From contig OZ024742.1 of the NCBI GenBank assembly GCA_964016885.1, positions 183,644,001-183,708,000 on the forward strand: 64,000 nt of DNA, read 5' to 3'. The position numbers and the translations under genes were made by a program. Below the pieces are notes generated by a model. The model had not been told where the DNA came from, did no database searches, and saw only the letters and a program-made list of their open reading frames with translations. Positions 28,876 to 38,299 of this stretch are shown here, in pieces. The number at the start of each line of letters is the position of its first letter. The first letter of the stretch is position 1. The DNA is from Eledone cirrhosa. Lineage: Eukaryota.

Positions 28876-31800
28876 TCATGTCTGTTGCGGTTGTTTTGTC
28901 GTTTTTTCTGGTTCTTTTTTGAGATTTAATGGTGCACTATCTTCAATCTGTCCATTTATTAAATTTAGTGGTGTATAGATTGGACCTGTAACTAGAAATT
29001 TAGTTACAGTGTGATTTGATAAAGGACTCATCATATTAGATACACAATGACTTTCATTTTTACATGATATGCAACACCTGTTACCATTCACGTTGCAAGA
29101 AGGAATCATTTTCTCTGATAATTTAGGTGCCTTTCCATTACTTTTGTGCCCACTACAGAACTCGTTACCTTTCACTTCAATTTTCAGTGAAAGGGGTTCT
29201 GTTTGCTCAGGATAGAACTTATAAGGTGAACCATTTCTGTTTGAAGACATTGATTTCATTTGCTCTTTGCAATGTTGTTGGCACCTTTCTCCATGATGTA
29301 AAGTTTGCTTCATCATGTGACAATGTTGATGTTGATGTTGATGTTGATGTTGATGTTGATGTTGCATATATTGCTGCCTGTGTTTGAATTCTTGTTCCTG
29401 ATGTTGCTGGTAATGTTGTTTCTGATGCTGTTGTTTGCGTTGTTGTTTATGTTGATGTAAATTGTGCTGATGTTGTTGGTGATGTTGGTGTTGGAGTTGT
29501 TCCATTACTTGTTCTTTCTCCTGTGATTTCAAATATTCTTTTTGTAGCTCTTCTTGTCTTTCCAGAAGACTCTTCTGGTGTTCACAAAGATGATCTGTCT
29601 GTTGTACCATTCTTGGTCGGTACTGTTGCTTTAGTTTCTGATCAGCTGTTCTTTGTTGTGATTTCACTAACTGAGGTTGTGGTACATGAACTGGTGGTAC
29701 TCGGATTAGTGTAGGCTTTGGCAAGGGTTTTGAAACAAGAGGCATCAGTGGTGGTAGAGATAGGTTTTTAAGGTTTGTAGATGTTTGATGTGGTGTTAAA
29801 GAAACGCTCGTTGGTGTTACTTGCATTGTTTCAGATATATGACTCTGTTTTGATAGCTTAGAGTTCTTACGTGAAGAAGCCCTGCTTTGATGCTCCTGAT
29901 TTCGTTCTTGTACTGTTGGCATTGAACTAGGAAGTGAAGCAGGTAGAGGTGAAAGATGTGGGGATCGAACTGGTGATAGATGTGGGGAAGGCATACATAG
30001 CTGATCAGGTGAGGATATGGACATTTTATCAGATGAATGGACAAGCATTTTATCGTTTGGTTGAAGAAACAATTGTTCAGGTGATGCAACTGGACTCTGG
30101 TCAGGTGATGGCATGGGAGATTGTTGCGGAGACGCTGGCTGTAATTGTTGCGGGGATGCATGCTGTAAGAACTTAGGGGATATCTGTTCTTGGTGCTTGG
30201 GAGATGCTTGCTGCAAACATGGCGTTGAGGATTGTTGCAAGAATCTGGTAGATGATTGGTGCATATGTCTTGGAGATGACTGCTGCATATGTCTGGGAGA
30301 TGACTGTTGAACATGTCTGGGAGATGATTGTTTTATATGTCTACCAGATGACTGCTGCACATGTTTTGGGGAAGATTGTTGCATATGTCGAGGAGATGAT
30401 TGTTGTACATGTTTGGGAGACATTTGTTGAACGTGTTTTGGAGACATTTGTTGTAAATGTCTTGGAGACGTTTGCTGTAAATGTCGTGGAGGTGATTGCC
30501 GTATATTTCTGGGGGATGACTGCTGTATGTGACGTGAAGGCGTCTGTTCAAAACGTTTGGGGGATACTCTTTGCAACTGTTGGGGTAAGTCACGTGGCAA
30601 GTTTTGTGGGGCGTCCCATTGCAAATGATGAGTTGACTCTACTTGAATATGATGTGAGGACATTTGTTGCATATGCTGAGGGGATTTAGTTTGCACAAGT
30701 CTAGGGGTTTCTTTCTTCACCTTAGGAGGTGAACCTTGGTGCATGCTGTGACATTGTATTTGTTGAACCGGTTGAGAAGTTTTTGGTATTTTGTGAGGTG
30801 ATTCATGTTGGAAATGATGATGGGATTTTTCATCAAAGTGGTGAGGTATATCTTGTTCTAAATGTTGCCGTGGAGAAACTTTCATGTGTTGTACTGACTT
30901 GTGTTGCCTCATCAATGGACATTCATGCTGCGTCCTTTCTTGACTGTATGGTGACTCTGGACCCATGCATTGAGAAGGCTCTGGCTCCATGGGCTGAACA
31001 GATTTTTGTGTAACAGCTTCAGATACAGCTTGTTGAATAGTTTTTGGTGACTCAATCTGTTTAGGTGCCGGCAAGTTTTGCTGAATTGTTGCAGGTGAGC
31101 CTTGTTGAATGGCTGCAGATGAGTCTAGGTGAACATTCTCAGAAGAGTTTTCATGAACACTCTCAGGGGAGTCTTGCTGCATGCTTTTGTCTTGTTGTGG
31201 CTTTTGGATTGTTTCAAGGGAATTCTGATGGACGTGTTCAAGAGAAGCTGGTGGGATGTGCACAGGAGAGTGTTGTTTTCTATGTTTAGATGTATTTTCA
31301 TGTGTGTGCTCTAGTTTTTGTTGTGTGTGTTTAGTAGAAACTTTTGGAGGCTGTTTTGGTGAGTTTTGCTTCATTTTATCAGGTACAGTTTGCTGAATAT
31401 GCTTAGGAAGAGTTTGTTTGATGGGTTCAACTATGTCTTCTTGGATTTGTTCTGGTAAACCATGCTGAATGTGTTCAGATAATTCTTGCTGGGTGTTTTC
31501 TGGTGAGCTTTGTACAATGCGTTCAGAAGAGTTTTGCTGAGTGTGCTTTGGTAAACAGGATGAAATTTCTTCAGATAAACCTTGTTGTATATGTTCAGGT
31601 GTGTCTTGTTGGATATGTGTAGGTACGTCTGATTGGATATGTTCACTTACATCTGATTGGATATGTCCAGGTACACCAGGTTGGGTGTGGTGAGGAGAGT
31701 CTTGTTGGGTGTGTTCAGGAGAGCCTGTCTGGTTGTGGTCAGGGGTGGTTTGCTGAATGTGTTCAGAAGAGCCTGGTTGTATGTGTTCAGGGGACGTTTG

Positions 31801-33048
31801 TTGGGTCATCTCAGGTGAAGTTTGTTGGGTCATCTCAGGAGAAGTTTGTTGGGTCATCTCAGGAGAAGTTTGTTGGGTCATCTCAGGAGACGTTTGTTGG
31901 GTCATCTCAGGGGACTTTTGTTGGGTCATCTCAGGAGACGTTTGTTGGGTCATCTCAGAAGTTTGTTGGGTCATCTCAGAGGACGTTTGTTGGGTCATCT
32001 CAGGGGAAGTCTGTTGTGATTGTTCAGGAGAATCTTGTTGGATAGTTTCAGGACTGGTTTGTTGGATGTGTTCAGGAGACGTTTGTTGGATGTGTTCAGG
32101 GTTCGTTTGTTGGATGTGTTCAGGGGACGTTTGTTGGATATGTTCAGGGGATGTTTGTTGGATATGTTCAGGACTGGGTTGTTGGATGTGTTCAGGAGAC
32201 GCTCGCTGGATGTGTTCAGGGGATGGTTGTTGGGTGGATTCAGGGGAAGTTTGTAAGGTGTTTGGAAGTGAGTCTTGTTGGATAGGATCAGGTGAGCGTT
32301 GGCGTGCCTGTTCAAGGGAAGTTTCCTGTGACTGTTCAGGAGGAACTTGTTGGTTATGTTCAGGAGATGACGTTTCTTGCATGGGCTCAGGAGAGTCCTC
32401 TTGCATGGGTTCAGGGTAGTCTTCTTGCATAGGTTCAGAAGACTCTTGTCGGATACTTTCAGGAGATTCTTCTGGGATGTCTTCAAGTGATTGATCTTCC
32501 ATGTGCTCCGTTGTATCTTCAGGAATATTTTCAGGTGAGTCTTCTTGCATGTCTTCAACTAAATCTTGCTGATGGTTCTCTGTCGAAACCTGTTGAATGT
32601 GTCCTAGAGAATCTGGTGGAATATGGTCTGGTTCTATATGTTTACTGTTTTCAATAGAGTCTAGTGCCATCTCCTCTGATAAATCTTGCTGGATATGTTC
32701 AACTAGGTTCGCTGACAGATCTTTAGTTGATTCAGTTTGTACATTCCCCAAAGAGTTCGTTTCTGGGGATTTGGGCAAAGTTTGCTGCAAATATTGAGGT
32801 GATGCAGGCAACAATGGCAGCGGTGACACTGATTCACTCTTAGGGGGAGTTAGTGTCTCTGAATTATTGTTCTGGATGTTTTCTTCTTGATTTGCTTTAG
32901 CAAATGTAGCTGATTTGCGTATGGTTTTATTTATTCCCTTGCAACATTCAGGGACAGACACTTCTTCATTTACATTAGTTACCATTTCTATTTTCCGTTT
33001 CTTAATCGGTTCATAAGAAACCGAATAAAACAATCGAAGTGGACCTTT
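28876..33048 (-). CDS. BMI1: BMI1-like gene terminal coding exon: end of RAWUL plus ~1,390-aa low-complexity C-terminal region
   Basis: Polypyrimidine tract ttcttttctttctacttccag|AAA GGT CCA CTT CGA TTG TTT TAT = KGPLRLFYSV (cf. BMI1 NGPLPLKYRV), phase 0. Open for 4173 nt to TGA at 28876; contains the 1385-aa ORF in the track. Confidence 0.9.
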   Translation of the reverse strand, partial: KGPLRLFYSVSYEPIKKRKIEMVTNVNEEVSVPECCKGINKTIRKSATFAKANQEENIQNNNSETLTPPKSESVSPLPLLPASPQYLQQTLPKSPETNSLGNVQTESTKDLSANLVEHIQQDLSEEMALDSIENSKHIEPDHIPPDSLGHIQQVSTENHQQDLVEDMQEDSPENIPEDTTEHMEDQSLEDIPEESPESIRQESSEPMQEDYPEPMQEDSPEPMQETSSPEHNQQVPPEQSQETSLEQARQRSPDPIQQDSLPNTLQTSPESTQQPSPEHIQRASPEHIQQPSPEHIQQTSPEHIQQTSPEHIQQTNPEHIQQTSPEHIQQTSPETIQQDSPEQSQQTSPEMTQQTSSEMTQQTSEMTQQTSPEMTQQKSPEMTQQTSPEMTQQTSPEMTQQTSPEMTQQTSPEMTQQTSPEHIQPGSSEHIQQTTPDHNQTGSPEHTQQDSPHHTQPGVPGHIQSDVSEHIQSDVPTHIQQDTPEHIQQGLSEEISSCLPKHTQQNSSERIVQSSPENTQQELSEHIQHGLPEQIQEDIVEPIKQTLPKHIQQTVPDKMKQNSPKQPPKVSTKHTQQKLEHTHENTSKHRKQHSPVHIPPASLEHVHQNSLETIQKPQQDKSMQQDSPESVHENSSENVHLDSSAAIQQGSPATIQQNLPAPKQIESPKTIQQAVSEAVTQKSVQPMEPEPSQCMGPESPYSQERTQHECPLMRQHKSVQHMKVSPRQHLEQDIPHHFDEKSHHHFQHESPHKIPKTSQPVQQIQCHSMHQGSPPKVKKETPRLVQTKSPQHMQQMSSHHIQVESTHHLQWDAPQNLPRDLPQQLQRVSPKRFEQTPSRHIQQSSPRNIRQSPPRHLQQTSPRHLQQMSPKHVQQMSPKHVQQSSPRHMQQSSPKHVQQSSGRHIKQSSPRHVQQSSPRHMQQSSPRHMHQSSTRFLQQSSTPCLQQASPKHQEQISPKFLQHASPQQLQPASPQQSPMPSPDQSPVASPEQLFLQPNDKMLVHSSDKMSISSPDQLCMPSPHLSPVRSPHLSPLPASLPSSMPTVQERNQEHQSRASSRKNSKLSKQSHISETMQVTPTSVSLTPHQTSTNLKNLSLPPLMPLVSKPLPKPTLIRVPPVHVPQPQLVKSQQRTADQKLKQQYRPRMVQQTDHLCEHQKSLLERQEELQKEYLKSQEKEQVMEQLQHQHHQQHQHNLHQHKQQRKQQHQKQHYQQHQEQEFKHRQQYMQHQHQHQHQHQHQHCHMMKQTLHHGERCQQHCKEQMKSMSSNRNGSPYKFYPEQTEPLSLKIEVKGNEFCSGHKSNGKAPKLSEKMIPSCNVNGNRCCISCKNESHCVSNMMSPLSNHTVTKFLVTGPIYTPLNLINGQIEDSAPLNLKKEPEKTTKQPQQT
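31740..32260 (-). repeat. Coding 24-bp tandem repeat (TSPEHIQQ / TSPEMTQQ)
   Basis: Plus-strand unit gtttgttgggtcatctcaggaga(a/c) and related units repeat in frame about 20 times. Confidence 0.9.
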
Positions 33049-33632
33049 CTGGAAGTAGAAAGAAAAAGAAAGTTAAATAATTTGTGAGTAAATAAATAAA
33101 AAATTATATGAATAAAAACAGTGTTATTCACAGTGAAATCGTGAATAAAAAGTACAAATGTAATACAATTCTTTTACTTCCAGGAAGAGCCATTTTAGTC
33201 ATTGAAAAACGCACGATAACTGTTATATTAACATTATATTTATTTCTTGAAGTGTCAAGATTTTCGTCGCGCTTCTGGAACCTGGTCACTCACATCATTC
33301 CCCTGCATCTCAGTATTTGTAATATCTAATGAGGCTACAGTGGAGATGTGTCAGTCACCACTGAAACAGAAAGACGACGAAAATTTTGACCCTGCAAAAA
33401 ATAAACTAAAAGTAAATATAACAATTTTTATGTGTGCGTTCTTAAATGGCAAAAATCGTTCTTCGACCATGTAATTGCTTCAGTCTTAAACACATGGTTT
33501 CAAATCAATTTATGGGATTATCAAGTATGAAATTTGTAGAAATTTGTAAAAAAAACAAACAAATTTCTACAAATTTCATATTTGATGACCCAATACTTGA
33601 TAAAGAAAATGTAACTCATAAATTACACTTAC

Positions 33633-33713
33633 TCTTTTCCACATGTAAATATAAGCGATGTCTATTAGTGTGTAAGAGTCAACAAGAGGTTCATCTGTGT
33701 GGTAAATTTCAAT
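33633..33713 (-). CDS. BMI1: BMI1-like gene exon (RAWUL)
   Basis: T-run catatag|ATT GAA...AAA AGA|gtaagt = IEIYHTDEPLVDSYTLIDIAYIYMWKR. 81 nt; cf. BMI1 [27 protein letters not shown]. Confidence 0.93.
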
Positions 33714-35001
33714 CTATATGAAAAAAAAAAAAAAATTTTTAGTTAATTATTATTACTTAGTCAATTTAAAGTTAATAAACAGTAATCTTCACAAACATCA
33801 TTTAATAAATTCAAATCACTATTTTATTGCATTACTATAAATCTTATTTGAAATTTGAAAATATTTTTGCCTTTTGGGAAGCTGCCACAAATCAGATAAC
33901 TCTAAATAATATTTAACTATGTTGGCTAAAGTATCTCTCGAAATGGAAAACAAGCAAACATTTTGAAACGTATATTCGTTATTAAAGTAACTCTTTACTT
34001 CGAGGTTTTGCCGACGTTGTTGGCCTATAAAAACAATAATGAGATGAATCTTTCATTATATATAACTTTCACTAAATTTTGGTGGGAAGAGGAGGGTATA
34101 TGTAGTAAACACAAATACTAAAGGGAATGGACGAAGGTAAGTTATGTTTGAGGCTAAACACTAGTTAAGGTGAGGATATGTCAAACAAACAGGAAATAGG
34201 TGTAGGAATTATTTACCAGGTGTTAATTTTGTCTTGTAGTAAATATATTTCCTTTCTCTATAGTATATACTGTATATACTGGAATTTTGCAGAACTTAGT
34301 GAAGGGAGGTGAGTTTCTTCGTATAGAATGGACTGTGTTCTTCCCCTGTGCCACTTTAGGGAAAAAGGTTACAAGTTTTGTTTGCCTGAGAAATGTAAAT
34401 GGACATGTCGGGCTAGGTGTCTGGAATCGATCAGGAGGTCTGACTAGTTAGCAGATTTGAAGTAGAGCTGTATGGACATGTATGATTACTGGCTGTGATT
34501 AGAGAGTGATTGGGGGATCCAATAGGTGAAGAGACGGTGGTAGTTAGGTAAAAGCTGAGTATGGATTTAGGAATGAGGGAGAGAGAGAGCGAGAGAAGAA
34601 AAAGGGTGGGGGAGAAAATATATAAACCAGGAGGAAACTCTACATCTTTAGCTTGGCGGTACATCACAGTTGTACTCTGCAGACAAGATGGCAAAAGTGA
34701 TGGCACGGAAAACAGCCAGCGACGCCCGCTGCATTAGACATTCCACGTCACAGGGCTGCTTCCCCAGGTAAGATGCTCTCCTCCCGATATCAAGAGACCG
34801 AGGAAGACACAGGAGATCTCGATGGCAACTGGCTTAAAAAAGAAGCAGTCAAACAAAGCCCCATAGTGATAGAACATATATATATGGTACTAAAACGAGT
34901 GACCAGACAAAGCCCTGCGGTCACGAAATATAAAGCAATACATTTCAATTAAACTTACTACTGGATATTGTAATGAATTTGAAAATAATTAAATGACAAA
35001 C

Positions 35002-35100
35002 CTGGTATTTTTCAGGTAGAGAGTGCTTTATTCGAATGAATCTTTTAATGTGTTTAACTGGAAATGTAGCTGGGCATGAGAGGTATCGCCGGTCTTCAGG
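35002..35100 (-). CDS. BMI1: BMI1-like gene exon (RAWUL)
   Basis: ttcctcag|CCT GAA...TAC CAG|gtttgt = PEDRRYLSCPATFPVKHIKRFIRIKHSLPEKYQ. 99 nt; cf. BMI1 [30 protein letters not shown]. Confidence 0.92.
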
Positions 35101-35299
35101 CTGAGGAAACAGAAACCCATCAAGATTTTTAATTAACTGATTCCATAATAAACATAAACTTTTGAAAAGGAAATGATTTATTATATGTAAAACGTAAAAT
35201 AACGGTACATATGAGCATTGCTGGAGTAAGGAAACTATAAGGAGCTGACTGGGCTGTAGCCAGAGGCCCCACAATATGTAAAGGGACTCACAGTAAATT

Positions 35300-35480
35300 A
35301 ATGTTCTTGCTACCTTAAATAGTAACATCACCCCAAAGAACTTTCGGAGGAGCTCCATTTCGGTCGCTTGTATTCGCGATCGTATTTTTTCGGTCATTAT
35401 CCAAGATTTATGACCATAGATAAGGGTTGGCATGAATACCAAATTGAAGATAGCGAGTTTGGCTTTTACACCTACTACAT
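35300..35480 (-). mobile_element. RTE-like LINE fragment in an intron
   Basis: KAKLAIFNLVFMPTLIYGHKSWIMTEKIRSRIQATEMELLRK resembles the post-RT region of RTE-clade elements. Confidence 0.7.
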
Positions 35481-35709
35481 CGAAGGTGGATACAATGAAT
35501 GCCAGTCCATTAGTGGGGTCGATTTCATCGTCTTTCCTTTCCCACTCCAAAACTGCTCATCTTCTTCTAAAATTAGGAAACATTATCATTTATTTTTTTA
35601 TTTTTATCTACGTTCGGCGGGTATAGCGCAAGCAGATTACACATCTTATAACATGGAAGTATGAGGAAATGAATTACTTGGAACATTTAAAGCGATAATT
35701 GCTACTACG

Positions 35710-35751
<42 letters not shown>

Positions 35752-35851
35752 TAGAAATAGGCACACACACACACACACACACACACATAGAAATAGGCAC
35801 ACACATTCTTATGCACACAAACAGAAAGACACATATATTTCTATTTCTTAC

Positions 35852-35900
35852 CTCTCGGGTATCTGAGAGAGGATCAAAGTCGATATCAGGAGGCTGCCCA
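35852..35900 (-). CDS. BMI1: BMI1-like gene short exon (RAWUL loop)
   Basis: cttttctag|T GGG CAG...CGA GAG|gtaaga = (N)GQPPDIDFDPLSDTRE. 49 nt; bridges phase 2 to phase 0 exactly as the flanking exons require. Confidence 0.8.
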
Positions 35901-36677
35901 CTAGAAAAGAAATCAACGTGTTTAGTTTTTAGTAGAAATTCTACCATGAGATTACATTTAATACTGCTTTATTAACTAAGGAATATAAAGAGGACAAATA
36001 TATCAATTCACTTATTCTTCTTTGTTGTTCTCTTATATATTCATCTAGCAGTTGAAATGGCAGGAGCTCAGTCGTTGGGATCCATAATTATTCATATTAC
36101 CCACTCTACTACCCCAAGTATCGAGTACTCTGGTGAGTAATGGTCTAACTGGTTTTTACCGCCTCCATTCTGATATAAGCGTTGAAATGTCCGTGATCTC
36201 CAGCAGACAACTGATTTATATAAGGATGTATATGTGGGTGGGTGTGTGTGTGTGTGTGCATGAGTGTTTGTGTGTGTGCGTGTGTGATGACTCCTGCGTT
36301 GGTTTAAGTAACTAACGAGTACGTGGTTGATTATTCCACAGACATGTACAAATCAGCGAGACATAATATGTCACAAAGATGGACTTTGAATTACAGGTAC
36401 AATCCATCAGGTTTCCACACAGTCTCCGTCTACCCAATTTAACAGTTTCGAGTTGACTAGAAGCTCAAGGTGCCAAGTGGAATTTGTTCCGGCTCTTTAC
36501 GTTATTAGTTCAAGCTTCGCCGAGGTCAACTTTTCCTTTCAGCTACCCAGGTTCGATAAAATGAAGTATCGGTCATGTACTGGGGCCGATATAGTCGACA
36601 TTCCCTATCCCAGAAATTGTTGAGCTTGCACTTAGATAAGAAACCATTATTTAAATGACGTTTCAAAGTACAATGCG

Positions 36678-36930
36678 AAGGCGCATAGCTTAGTGGTTAG
36701 GATGTCGGGCTTACAATCGTGAGGTTGTAAGTTCGATTCTCGGACCGGGCTGTGTGTTGTGTTCTTGAATAAGACACATTATTTCACGTTGCTCCAGTTC
36801 ACTCAGCTGTAGAAATGAGTTACGACGTCACTGGTGCCAAGCTGTATCGGGCATTGCCTTTATCCCTGGACAGCATCGGTGACACGGAGAGGAGACACTG
36901 GTATACATGGGCGACTGTTGGGCTTTCACA
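36678..36930 (+). mobile_element. SINE family B (tRNA-derived head)
   Basis: A box tagcttagtggttagg, B box gttcgattctc, then gtgttgtgttcttga...atttcacgttgctccagt. Related copies at ~680-870, 9020-9270, 20960-21222(-), 26480-26575(-) and 45800-45915. Confidence 0.75.
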
Positions 36931-37074
36931 AACAAACGTGTCCGGATTTTTGCCTCAAAGGGAAACTTTCTGGGTGCAAATCCCATGGTTATTCGTGACC
37001 GAAGGGGATCTTTATCAAAATTCAAAATATAAAAGTACAATCAATGTAAAAATAAACCAGAAGTAATAACTTAC

Positions 37075-37189
37075 TTTGGTGTAAGTTCCAATGAGACACT
37101 AAATTGTTCATCATCTGTGTAGATTATTCTATCATCAGTGATTTCACCACAGTCCTCATTAGTAGCATCCACATAGTAATTTTCAATCT
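37075..37189 (-). CDS. BMI1: BMI1-like gene exon (linker and start of RAWUL domain)
   Basis: ttttgcag|AG ATT GAA...CCA AA|gtaagt = IENYYVDATNEDCGEITDDRIIYTDDEQFSVSLELTP. Resembles BMI1 [28 protein letters not shown] (from memory). 115 nt. Confidence 0.9.
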
Positions 37190-38299
37190 CTGCAAAACAA
37201 AAATACAAATTATATTACTAAGTTACCTCACATAAAAAAACACATCACTCTACATATTCTTGCAGTCAACAGTCGCCACTGATCTCAACCCTTCTTCATG
37301 AGCAAAAGTATCACTGTGTTTAGACATGTCCAGTCTTGATACTGACGGATAAAATCTAGCAGCTGTCACCAATCAATAGTGATTCCTGTATTCTGTCACA
37401 CAGAAAAGGATCACAACGTTATACACACACAAACAAACATGAACACACACCAATTTACATTTTACCGTTTAATCTGATGAGATTTAAAGGAAAGAAAGCA
37501 ACTGAATGTTATACTAAAGTGGTCACAAAATAACAAATTAGTCAATGAGAAGGTCACAAAATGTGTGACGAAAGGGGTTTGACAATAAACAAATAAACAA
37601 CCATCCGGTTATTAAACCAATCAACTGGAAATTTGTAATAAATTGAAGTGAAAACCAACGGGCGCTTGTGTTTTTATTGGCAGCCCAAATTATAGCAATA
37701 TATGTATATATATATATATATGTGTGTGCGCGCGCGCATGTGTGCGTGTGTGTGTGGGGGGGGGGGCTTTGAGTGTGTGTGTGTAAATATATATACATAT
37801 ATATATATATATGTATTCATTTCTATATAAGATATAGAAGCCTATAACTCAATCAACGTATTGAGTTCCTTTTTCAAATCTGGTCTCCTCCCGACACACA
37901 TCGGGAAACCACCCATAATTATATATATATATAGATATAAGGTAGATGGAGTTGGTCGGAGTATCGCTTAAGGCTTTCTCTGTTTATGTATTGTATATAT
38001 ATATATATATACGTATGTAGATAAGTATCCTTCTCTCAGTAAGTAATCTTTAAAAATCTTGAAACGTATACGTAAGTAATGTTTGACAATGGAGAAATTA
38101 TATTCAATCAGTTCTTCATTTTGTAGAATTTTATAAATTCAGTATTTTATATCTGGGTGACTTGTGCACACTTAAAAAAATAAAAAAAGAAAAAAAGAAA
38201 AAAAAGGAAAAAATTATCTAAGTGAGACAGTGTCGTCAATATTAATTGTTCAACACACAGACACACACACAAGTATTATATTATATATATATATATATT

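Noticed and set aside
31790-32240. Regular 24-bp repeats as a possible CRISPR array
   Set aside because: Head-to-tail with no unique spacers, in frame within a eukaryotic exon, and no cas genes.
29127-32797. Plus-strand and alternate-frame ORFs such as 31757-32419 (VCWVISGE repeats)
   Set aside because: Antisense or off-frame shadows of the 24-bp coding repeat; the minus frame is the one spliced to the RAWUL exons.
34945-35550. 201-aa ORF as a single gene
   Set aside because: A chance read-through joining an RTE fragment, intron sequence and the 99-nt BMI1-like exon.
36678-36750. tRNA gene
   Set aside because: tRNA-like head runs into a repeated SINE body; no complete cloverleaf or acceptor stem.
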